64,000 nucleotides of DNA from assembly GCA_031409275.1 (NCBI GenBank), contig JANNXA010000016.1, positions 96,001 through 160,000 on the forward strand, given 5' to 3'. This DNA comes from Planctomycetota bacterium. Lineage in GTDB: Bacteria > Planctomycetota > B15-G4 > SIAN01. A program made the position numbers and the translations under genes. Each line of letters begins with the position of its first letter. Within the stretch, counting starts at the first letter, position 1. The notes under the pieces are model-generated. The model was not told the DNA's origin and made no database searches. It saw only the letters and a list, made by a program, of their open reading frames with translations. Below are positions 56,213-64,000 of this stretch, one piece after another.

Positions 56213-58540
56213 ATGTTCGACTCCTTGCTCACGCTGCTCGCGCTGTCGATGCCAACCGATCCACTGCCCCCGCTCCGCCACCACCCGCACGACATCATCG
56301 ACTGCGTCGAGCTCAGCCCCGACTACGGTCGCGATCGCACGTTGTTCGCGACGTCGAATGGAACCATCAATCTGGTGGTGAGGAGCTCCGACGGCGGCGT
56401 CACCTGGCGCGATTCGCGCAGCGGCGTCACGGGTCGCTGCGTCGACGCGATCGCGCTCGACCCGGGCTTCGGGAAGAACGGGCGAGCGTGGGCGGCGCTC
56501 GGCGAGGACGGCCTTGTCGCCAGCGACGATGGCGGCGTTTCATGGCGCGTGATCCCGTCGGGCGGGACCGCCCGCGTGCTGGCGCTGGGCATGCCGCGAA
56601 CGGACGCGACGGGCGATCGCGCCGGGCTGCCGACGCTCTACGTCGGAGGCAGCCACGGCCTGCACTCGATGCTGGCCGATGGCAGCCTGCCGGTGCCCAT
56701 CGCCCCTTCCATCTTCACGAAGCATCCGCCCACCGAGCTCGCGATCACCGCCGACGACACGCTCTTCGTCGCCACCGACAACAGCAGGTTGTGGCGACTC
56801 GACCGCGGGCGCAGGATCACCCGCGTCGCGCGCCTCGAGGCGGTGCGCAAGATCGCGCCGTCGCCCGCCTTTGCGACCGATCGAACCGTGTTCGTCGCCA
56901 CCTTCGGCCGCGGCGTCTGGGTGAGCCGCGACGCGGGCGACACCTTCACGCCGATGAATGACGGACTCGACGACCCGTTCGTGAACGACCTTGCGGTACC
57001 GCGCCGTTTCCCGGAGTGCCGAGAGCTCTTCGCGGTGACGAAAGACGCCGGCCTCTACCGCTTCGTCGACGGCAGCAATCGATGGGAACTCACGACGTTC
57101 GCGGTGCTCGAACGGACGTACCAGACGTCGAACCACCACCTCCAGGTACGGCTGGCTGCCGACTACCCGACGACTCCTGACGTCATCGTCGGGACCTTCG
57201 AAGGCCTCTTCGTCTCCAACGATCGCGCCGTCTTCACCTCGGGTTACGGGATGCTGCTCTCGACGTCGGACGACGCGGGGGAGAACTGGCGGTTCGGGGC
57301 GCGCGACGTGAGGGCGCTCAGCACCTACGCGCTTTCGGTCGCGCCCACCTGGCGCGACGAAGGGCTGATCGTGCTGGGGATCAACGAGGGGATCTGGCGC
57401 TCGCGAGACCGCGGCGCCAGCTTCGCGAAGGTCGACCTGCCGCCTCACCACCGTCTTGACGGTCCGCGCCGCGACCACGACATCTTCCAGGTCGCGTTCT
57501 CGCCCGCGTTCCAGGAGGACCGGACCTGCGCCGCGATCAGCTTCGGAGGCGTCTACGTGTCGAACGACGCTGCCGAGAGCTTCGTCACGACCGCTCCGCC
57601 CTGTGCGTGGCTCAAGGCCATCGCGTTCTCGCCCCTCTTTCCTGCCGACCGGACGATCTTCGTCGGCGGCGAATCGGTGCATCGATCCACGGACGGCGGC
57701 GCCACGTTCGAATCGGCGACGCTCCGAGAGCCGATCGATGGACTGTTGACCGCACGCGACTTCGGCAGTTCACGCCAGCTCTTCGCGATCAGCCGCGACA
57801 GCGGGGTCTTCCGATCCGACGACGGCGGACAACGCTGGACGAAGGCGAACCACGGCCTCGACGGCCATCGCCCATCCGCGATCGCGGAGACCGTCGACGA
57901 GGCGAGCCGCCCGACGCTCTTCCTGGCCACGTTGGGCGGCGGCCTGTTCATCTCGCACGATCGCGGAACGACCTGGCAGCGGCACGGGACACGCGACCAC
58001 CTTCTCCAGCACGTTCTCTCCATCGCGATCTCGCCGGCGTTCAAAGACGACGGGACGCTCTTCATCGGGACGCTCGACGGCGTCTGGCGCTCGCGGGATC
58101 GTGGCGCGACCTTCACCCTTTGCACGCGCCAGGAGGTCTACGACGACAACCGCGAGCCGTGGCAGGCTCGAGGCGGAACGTGGAGCAACTGGGGCCGGCC
58201 AGAGGCTTTCTGCATGACCGCGCACTTCGCGCGAGCGCCCGGCGCCGAGATGGAACTGCCATTCGTCGGCGACGGCGTGAAGCTGCTGATGATGCGAGGC
58301 CCCGAACTCGGCATCTCCGAAGTGCTGCTCGACGGCGCCGTCGTCGCGCGCATCGACCACTACGCGCCCGAGCGGCAGGGCGCCGTGCCGGCGTTCGAAT
58401 CGGCGAATCTGCCCTTCGGATTCCACCGGATCGTCGTGCGCGTCACCGGAGAGAAGAACGCGGCGTCGAGCGGCGTGCTCATCGGTGTCGATGCCGCCGA
58501 AGTGAGCTGCACCGCGCCCGAGCTCAAGTCGGCCCGGTAG
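56213..58540 (+). CDS. Secreted BNR/Asp-box repeat beta-propeller protein with a C-terminal jelly-roll-like domain (paralog A)
   Basis: Many SxDGGxTW Asp-boxes; HHPHDIIDCV N-terminal motif; C-terminal FVGDGV...GP..G...V.LDG...D.Y. Confidence 0.85.
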   Translation: MFDSLLTLLALSMPTDPLPPLRHHPHDIIDCVELSPDYGRDRTLFATSNGTINLVVRSSDGGVTWRDSRSGVTGRCVDAIALDPGFGKNGRAWAALGEDGLVASDDGGVSWRVIPSGGTARVLALGMPRTDATGDRAGLPTLYVGGSHGLHSMLADGSLPVPIAPSIFTKHPPTELAITADDTLFVATDNSRLWRLDRGRRITRVARLEAVRKIAPSPAFATDRTVFVATFGRGVWVSRDAGDTFTPMNDGLDDPFVNDLAVPRRFPECRELFAVTKDAGLYRFVDGSNRWELTTFAVLERTYQTSNHHLQVRLAADYPTTPDVIVGTFEGLFVSNDRAVFTSGYGMLLSTSDDAGENWRFGARDVRALSTYALSVAPTWRDEGLIVLGINEGIWRSRDRGASFAKVDLPPHHRLDGPRRDHDIFQVAFSPAFQEDRTCAAISFGGVYVSNDAAESFVTTAPPCAWLKAIAFSPLFPADRTIFVGGESVHRSTDGGATFESATLREPIDGLLTARDFGSSRQLFAISRDSGVFRSDDGGQRWTKANHGLDGHRPSAIAETVDEASRPTLFLATLGGGLFISHDRGTTWQRHGTRDHLLQHVLSIAISPAFKDDGTLFIGTLDGVWRSRDRGATFTLCTRQEVYDDNREPWQARGGTWSNWGRPEAFCMTAHFARAPGAEMELPFVGDGVKLLMMRGPELGISEVLLDGAVVARIDHYAPERQGAVPAFESANLPFGFHRIVVRVTGEKNAASSGVLIGVDAAEVSCTAPELKSAR

Positions 58541-58606
58541 TCACGATCCGGGGGCCGCGCCGCACACGGAGCCGACCGAAAGAGCCGCAGCACGGGGCCG
58601 GGGAAT

Positions 58607-60208
58607 CTAGTGCCCGTCGCCGCCGCGATCTTCCGTGCCATCGTCGGTGTAGCCGAGCGCGTCCATCTGCTTGCGCTCCTCGTCGGAGAGCTGGACTCCC
58701 TCGGGATCGGGTGGCGTCTTCGCGTACGCCGCGTCGACGAAGAGGTCGAGCTCCTCGCGCAGCGCCTCGAAGACCGCCGCCTCATCCTCGATGAGGTTCT
58801 TCGTCTCGCCCGGATCCGCCGCGACGTCGTAGAGCTCGTACTTCTTGCCGGACAAGAGCGCCGCCGTCTTCTGCGAGCCGATCTTGATGAGCTTCCACTT
58901 TCCACGGCGAATCGAGACGTCGTACTCCTTCGTGTAGCCCGACTCGACGAAGACCGGACGCGCGAGATCCGACGGAGCGCCGGAGTCGAGCCACGGCTGC
59001 AGCGACTGCCCCTCGAACTGCCATCCGTTCTGGACGTCGAGCAGGTCAAGCAGGGTCGGCGCGACATCCATCAGTGCGACCGGAGCCGCGACGCGGCGCG
59101 GTGCCCAATCGGGGTGAACGACCACCAGCGGAACGTGCGCGCAATCGTCGTATGGAAAGCGTCCGTGCTCGAAGAAGTAGTTGTGACCGCCGAGTCCCTC
59201 GCCATGGTCGGCCGTGAGCACGATCACGGTGCGGCTCAAGAGCTCCTGCGAGTTCATCCATTCGAGCAGCTTGCCGAGGTACTCGTCGAGGTAGCGGATG
59301 TCGCCGTCGTAGGCCGCGATGTAGTTGCGCAGCTGGTCCTTCTCTTTGACCCACGGATATCGGGCAGGGAAGTAGGCGTACGCCGGAATCATCCCGATGT
59401 CGTTCTGCTCCGGCGCGGCGGCGGCCGGGTTCTGCACTCGAGGATCGATCGCCATCGGAGCCGCGCTTCCCGCCTTCCAGTCGGCGTCACCGACGAAGAG
59501 CTCGAGGTGTCGCTTCGGCGGGATGTAGGGCGCATGCGGATCGAGGTAGTGCACCCACAGGAAGAAGTTCTTCGCCGGGTCGCGGGAGGCCAGCAACTCC
59601 TTCGCGCGCTCGGTGACGGTGTCGGCTCGACTCTCGGTGCCAGGGGTCACCACGAATCGATCGAAGCCCTGGTGGTACTGGAACTTCTCGGAGAGGCTGA
59701 TGTTCGAGACGACCCCCAGCGTGTTCCAACCCGCGCGCTGCAGCAGTTCCGGCAGCAGGTCGTAGTGCAACGGGACTTTGATCTTGAGCGTCTCGCGCAT
59801 CACGCCGCTGGTGGAGCCGTAGGTGCTGGTCAGCAGCGAGGCCATGCTCGGCCCGGTTTTCGGCCACTGGACGAGGCAGTTCTCGAACAGCGTGCCCTGC
59901 GCCGCGAGACGATCGATGCACGGCGTCGTCGGCCGGGAGTAGCCGTAGCTCGAGAGGTGGTCCGCCCGCAACGTGTCGATGGTGATCAGCAGCACGTTGA
60001 GCGGCGCGGGCGCCGGAGTGAGGTGCTCGGGCGAAGCGAGTCGCTGCCCGGCCGGCCGCGCTTGCGGAGGCGCCGCCACGGTCGACGCGTCTTTCCGCTC
60101 GGTTGCAGCACTCTCATCGGGAGTCGCCGTGCCCGCCTTCGTCGGCGAGCATCCACCTGCCAGGAGCAGCGCTCCGGCGGCGAACAGCGGCAAGCGACCA
60201 AGACGCAT
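58607..60208 (-). CDS. Sulfatase-like hydrolase/transferase lipoprotein (alkaline phosphatase superfamily)
   Basis: Lipobox AGGC; NVLLITIDTLRADHL, WVHYLDPHAPY, YDGDIRYLD, TADHGE, FEHG, ELYDVAADPGETKNL, ALGY. Confidence 0.9.
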   Translation of the reverse strand: MRLGRLPLFAAGALLLAGGCSPTKAGTATPDESAATERKDASTVAAPPQARPAGQRLASPEHLTPAPAPLNVLLITIDTLRADHLSSYGYSRPTTPCIDRLAAQGTLFENCLVQWPKTGPSMASLLTSTYGSTSGVMRETLKIKVPLHYDLLPELLQRAGWNTLGVVSNISLSEKFQYHQGFDRFVVTPGTESRADTVTERAKELLASRDPAKNFFLWVHYLDPHAPYIPPKRHLELFVGDADWKAGSAAPMAIDPRVQNPAAAAPEQNDIGMIPAYAYFPARYPWVKEKDQLRNYIAAYDGDIRYLDEYLGKLLEWMNSQELLSRTVIVLTADHGEGLGGHNYFFEHGRFPYDDCAHVPLVVVHPDWAPRRVAAPVALMDVAPTLLDLLDVQNGWQFEGQSLQPWLDSGAPSDLARPVFVESGYTKEYDVSIRRGKWKLIKIGSQKTAALLSGKKYELYDVAADPGETKNLIEDEAAVFEALREELDLFVDAAYAKTPPDPEGVQLSDEERKQMDALGYTDDGTEDRGGDGH

Positions 60209-60390
60209 CGGATGAGACCGCGGGTGGCGAAGGGCGCACGACGATTGGCGAAGCGAGCGGAGGATCGGCGGGAGTGTGCCTAGGGCTTGAAAGGGAGTCA
60301 AGGCGCGCCGCGCTGCGGTCGCGGGTGTCGCGTGGTCGATGGTCGAGCTATCGTCTCCACGTCTCCACCTGATGGGAAAAGGACACCACC

Positions 60391-62820
60391 TTGAGTTCCA
60401 TCGCATTTGTGCGCATTGCGATCCTAGCGGCCACGATTCCGACGCTGCCCTCGCTGCCGGCCCTCCCTCGCCACCATCCTCACGACATCATCGACTGCGT
60501 TCAGCTCAGCCCACAGTACGGGCACGACCGAACGCTCTTCGCGACCTCCGAAGGGACGATCAACCTCGTGGTTCGCAGCCGCGACGGTGGCACGACATGG
60601 AGCGATGTGCGCAGCGGCATCACCGGCCGCCACGTCTTCTCAATGGCCCTGGCCGACGACTTCCAGACGAGCGGCCTCGCGTGGGCGGCGCTCGGCGAAA
60701 ACGGACTGATCCGCAGCGAGGACGGTGGCTCGAGCTGGACGGTCACGCCCTTCCGCGCCGATTCGCGCCTGCTCGCGCTCGGCCCTCCGGTTCCACAGGC
60801 ACCCGGTCCGATCGGCAAGCAGCCGACCCTCTTCGTCGGCACCAACAAGGGGCTCTTCCGCGTCCTCGCCGACGGCAGCACGGCGCGCCCGCTCGGCGCC
60901 GACACGTTCCAGCGCAAGAACATCCCCCAACGGATGGTCGTTGCCAACGATGGGACGCTCTTCGTCTACAGCGCCGACGGCACGTTGTGGCGCAGTCGCG
61001 ACGACGGCGAGGTCTTCACGCGCCTGTGTCGGCCGGGCGACGTCCGGGCAATCGTCCCGTCGCCGACCTACATGAAGGACCAGACGCTCTTCGTGGCCAC
61101 CTTCGGCGCTGGCATCCTGGTCAGCCGCAATCGCGGCGCCACGTTCGAACCGATGAATCGCGGTCTCGACGACCTGATGGTGAATGACCTCGCGATTCCC
61201 AAGCGGTGGCCCGACTGCCAGGAGATGTTCGCCGTCACCAAGGACGCCGGCCTGTTCCGCTCGGTCGATGGCGGTCGCAACTGGCAGCTCACGCCATTCG
61301 CGGTGATCGAGAAGACCTACCAGACCACCAACCACCATCTGCACGTTCGGCTCCCCGCGGACTATCCGCAGACGCCCGACGTCGTGGTCGGAACCTACGA
61401 GGGGCTGTTCGTCTCGAAGGACCGCGGCGCGACTTTCCTGAAGAGCAACATCAACCCGACGCGCATCGGCCGTCGGCTCGCGATCTCGCCCGACTTCGCC
61501 GATGACGCAACCGTGTTCACTTCGGGCTACGGGATGCTGCTCTCCATCTCGAATGACGCCGGCAAGAGCTGGGACTTCAGCGCGCGCGACGTCAACGCTC
61601 TGAGCACCTACGCGCTGGCCGTCGCGCCTACATGGCGGACCGAGGGGCTGATCGTACTGGGCGTCAACGAAGGGGTCTGGAGCTCACGCAACCGCGGCGC
61701 GAGCTGGAACCTGGTGCGACTCGACCCGTTCGCTCGGCCCGACGGTCCGCGCCAGGACCACGACATCTTCCAGTTCGCCTTCTCGCCCGCATTCGCCACC
61801 GACCGCACCTGCTTCGGCGTGAGCTTCGGCGGTGTCTACGTCTCGAACGACGCGGCCGCCTCATTCGAGACGCGCGCGCCGCCCAGCCGTTGGCTGAAGG
61901 CGCTGGCGGTGTCACCCAACTTCGCCGAGGACAAGACCTTCTTCGTCGGGGGCGAGATGATCCATCGCTCCGTCGATGGAGGACTGACGTTCGAAGGGCC
62001 GCTGCTCACGGGGTCGATCGACGGAATGCTGTGCGCTCAGGACTTCAAGACGTCACGGCTCGCCTTCGCCGTGAGCCGCAAGGACGGCGTGTTTCGATCG
62101 AGCGACGGTGGCGACAGCTGGAAGCCCGCGAACGACGGCCTGAACGGCCACCGACCGACGACGATCCAGGGCACCGTCGACTCCGACGGCAAGTACGTCC
62201 TCTTCGTCGGCACGCTGGGCGGAGGGATCCACCGTTCGCGCGATCGCGGCCTCACTTGGGAGCGATTCGGGCGCAAGGATCCGCACCTGCAGAACGTGCT
62301 CTCGCTGGCCTTCTCGCCGAAGTACCGCGAAGACGGGACCTTCTTCGCCGGCGCGCTCGACGGTGTGTGGCGATCGACCGATCGCGGGCAGACCTTCGCG
62401 CTCACGACCCAGCGCGAGATCTACGACAACATGCGCGAGCCGTGGCAGCACTCGAGCGGCAAGTGGGAACGCTACGGCCGCGAAGGCGCGCACCAGGGAA
62501 TGGCCGACATGGCGCGCCGCGCCGGCGCCACGATGACCCTGCCGTTCGTCGGCTCGAAGGTCGAGCTGCTCACGACCCGCGGCCCCGACCATGGCATGGC
62601 CGAAGTCCTCCTCGACGGGGTGGTCGTGAGCGAGTTCGATGGCTACTCCGCGCAGCCCGAAGGTGCCGTCCCGATCTTCGCGAGCGCGGAACTGCGCTTT
62701 GGCGCGCATGTCCTTGCAGTGCGCGTGCTCGGAAAGAAGCGCGAAGCCTCGAGCGACGTGCTCGTCGGCGTCGACGCGGCGATCGTCTGGTGCACTGATC
62801 CAGCGCTGCTGCGTCCGTGA
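60391..62820 (+). CDS. Secreted BNR/Asp-box repeat beta-propeller protein (paralog B)
   Basis: Collinear with 56213-58540 over its whole length; start uncertain (TTG). Confidence 0.85.
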   Translation: MSSIAFVRIAILAATIPTLPSLPALPRHHPHDIIDCVQLSPQYGHDRTLFATSEGTINLVVRSRDGGTTWSDVRSGITGRHVFSMALADDFQTSGLAWAALGENGLIRSEDGGSSWTVTPFRADSRLLALGPPVPQAPGPIGKQPTLFVGTNKGLFRVLADGSTARPLGADTFQRKNIPQRMVVANDGTLFVYSADGTLWRSRDDGEVFTRLCRPGDVRAIVPSPTYMKDQTLFVATFGAGILVSRNRGATFEPMNRGLDDLMVNDLAIPKRWPDCQEMFAVTKDAGLFRSVDGGRNWQLTPFAVIEKTYQTTNHHLHVRLPADYPQTPDVVVGTYEGLFVSKDRGATFLKSNINPTRIGRRLAISPDFADDATVFTSGYGMLLSISNDAGKSWDFSARDVNALSTYALAVAPTWRTEGLIVLGVNEGVWSSRNRGASWNLVRLDPFARPDGPRQDHDIFQFAFSPAFATDRTCFGVSFGGVYVSNDAAASFETRAPPSRWLKALAVSPNFAEDKTFFVGGEMIHRSVDGGLTFEGPLLTGSIDGMLCAQDFKTSRLAFAVSRKDGVFRSSDGGDSWKPANDGLNGHRPTTIQGTVDSDGKYVLFVGTLGGGIHRSRDRGLTWERFGRKDPHLQNVLSLAFSPKYREDGTFFAGALDGVWRSTDRGQTFALTTQREIYDNMREPWQHSSGKWERYGREGAHQGMADMARRAGATMTLPFVGSKVELLTTRGPDHGMAEVLLDGVVVSEFDGYSAQPEGAVPIFASAELRFGAHVLAVRVLGKKREASSDVLVGVDAAIVWCTDPALLRP

Positions 62821-62827
62821 CGACGCC

Positions 62828-64000
62828 TCAGTGCGCGACGACGTAGCGGCGGCGGAAGTCGGCGTACTGCGCGTGCACGTCGGCGATCGAGCGATCGAGT
62901 GGCAGCCTCGCGCCGCCGCGCGCGCGGACTGCGGCGGCGGCGTCGAGCAACGCCCGCCGCAGCGCCGCCGCGTCGCCAGCCGCGAAGGCGCGGCCGCGCC
63001 CGGCCGGCACGCACTCGGTCATCCCGTCGAGGTCGCTCGTGACCAGCTCGAGTCCCGCCGCACGCCCTTCGAGCACGACGAACGGCGTGTTCTCCCGCCA
63101 CCGCGACGGGACGACCAAGACCTGCAGCTGCGAAAGCGTCGCGGAAAGCTGCTCGCGCGCGAAGGGGCCACGGAAGGTGATGCGCGAGTCCCCCGCTGCC
63201 AGCTCGCGCAACTTCGCGTCGTAGTCGGGAAAGTCGCCGAACCGTCCGAAGCAGTGCAGGCGCAGCTGCGGATCGTCGATCCCGCGCATCGCTTCGAGCA
63301 GCACGGCGAGCCCCTTGTGCGCGGCGAAGGTGCCCATGAATCCGACGTGGACGCCTTCCGGCGGCGGCGGCGCGAGGCGATCGAGCAGCTTCCAGTCGAT
63401 CGCGTAGGGGACCACCTCGAGCTGCGGCGGCTCCACCCCGGCGCGGCGCAGCGCCATCTGCACCGTGCGCGACGGCGACAGGACCCGCGTCGCGCCGGCA
63501 AGCGCCGCCGCCAGCCGCCGCGGCCGCTCGGTCATCGCGAACCCCGCCTGCTCGCCGCTCGTCTCGTCGAGCGGGAACTCGCCGGCTTCGCGGCGTTGCA
63601 CGTGGCGACCGCGCGCCCACGGCTCGCGCGCCCACGGCGCCATCGCGCCATGCACGCAATCGAAGCAGCCGTAGCCGCCGTCGGGCGGGCCGTCGCACTG
63701 GACGTCGCGCGCGCCGACCACGGCGCCGCTGGCGTCGAGTTGAGGCTCGTGACGCAGCAGCAGGAAGCTCGGACAGACCCACCAGAAGTCCATCAAGTGG
63801 ACGATGCTGGGGATGCCGCGCCGCGCGACCTGCTCGAGCCGATCGACGCCGACGAAGCGCAAGTGGAAGAAGTGCACCGCCTCCGGCCGGAAGTCGTCGA
63901 GCAGTTGCGCGAAGCTCGCTTCGTTCTGCGGATTCCACCAGTCGGCCAGCACGTGGTTCTTCACCGTCGATTTCGCGAAGGCGTGGCTCACCACCGGTAC
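62828..64000 (-). CDS. Glycosyltransferase family 4 (GT-B), 5' end outside the window
   Basis: HLMDFWWVCP, GFMGTFAAHKG, VVPSRWRENTPFVVLE, SDLDGMTE. Confidence 0.9.
   Translation of the reverse strand, partial: VPVVSHAFAKSTVKNHVLADWWNPQNEASFAQLLDDFRPEAVHFFHLRFVGVDRLEQVARRGIPSIVHLMDFWWVCPSFLLLRHEPQLDASGAVVGARDVQCDGPPDGGYGCFDCVHGAMAPWAREPWARGRHVQRREAGEFPLDETSGEQAGFAMTERPRRLAAALAGATRVLSPSRTVQMALRRAGVEPPQLEVVPYAIDWKLLDRLAPPPPEGVHVGFMGTFAAHKGLAVLLEAMRGIDDPQLRLHCFGRFGDFPDYDAKLRELAAGDSRITFRGPFAREQLSATLSQLQVLVVPSRWRENTPFVVLEGRAAGLELVTSDLDGMTECVPAGRGRAFAAGDAAALRRALLDAAAAVRARGGARLPLDRSIADVHAQYADFRRRYVVAH

Overview
GC-rich bacterial chromosomal segment, most likely from a planctomycete, judged from the DUF1501 gene and the DUF1549/DUF1553 planctomycete-cytochrome gene. 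It holds about 48 protein genes. I saw no rRNA, tRNA, CRISPR array or intact mobile element. In order: a mosaic left end with gene scars around a repeat-rich beta-propeller lipoprotein; an ATP-grasp ligase; the DUF1501/DUF1553 pair; a ~2100-aa secreted protein; a PLP aminotransferase; a TolB-like protein; a CotH kinase; xylAB; an M23 peptidase; a five-gene Qrc/alternative-complex-III-like respiratory operon; and a minor-pilin-like cluster with Ca-binding-type loops. Next is a tightly coupled operon (secreted protein, 38-aa peptide, VTC polyphosphate polymerase, DUF4956, HlyD-like adaptor, TolC, MBL-fold lipoprotein) divergent from an OmpR-type two-component system. The rest is a SEC-C protein, a class II photolyase, an ECF sigma/anti-sigma/DUF4097/PEGA/YidD-fusion operon, an ABC-2 exporter, two paralogous BNR-repeat proteins around a non-canonical sulfatase, and a partial GT4 glycosyltransferase. 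The best candidate for an undescribed system is the VTC-DUF4956-HlyD-TolC operon: it has an adaptor and an outer-membrane channel but no ABC/RND/MFS pump, and may couple polyphosphate synthesis to export. All family calls come from motif recognition by eye, not database searches.
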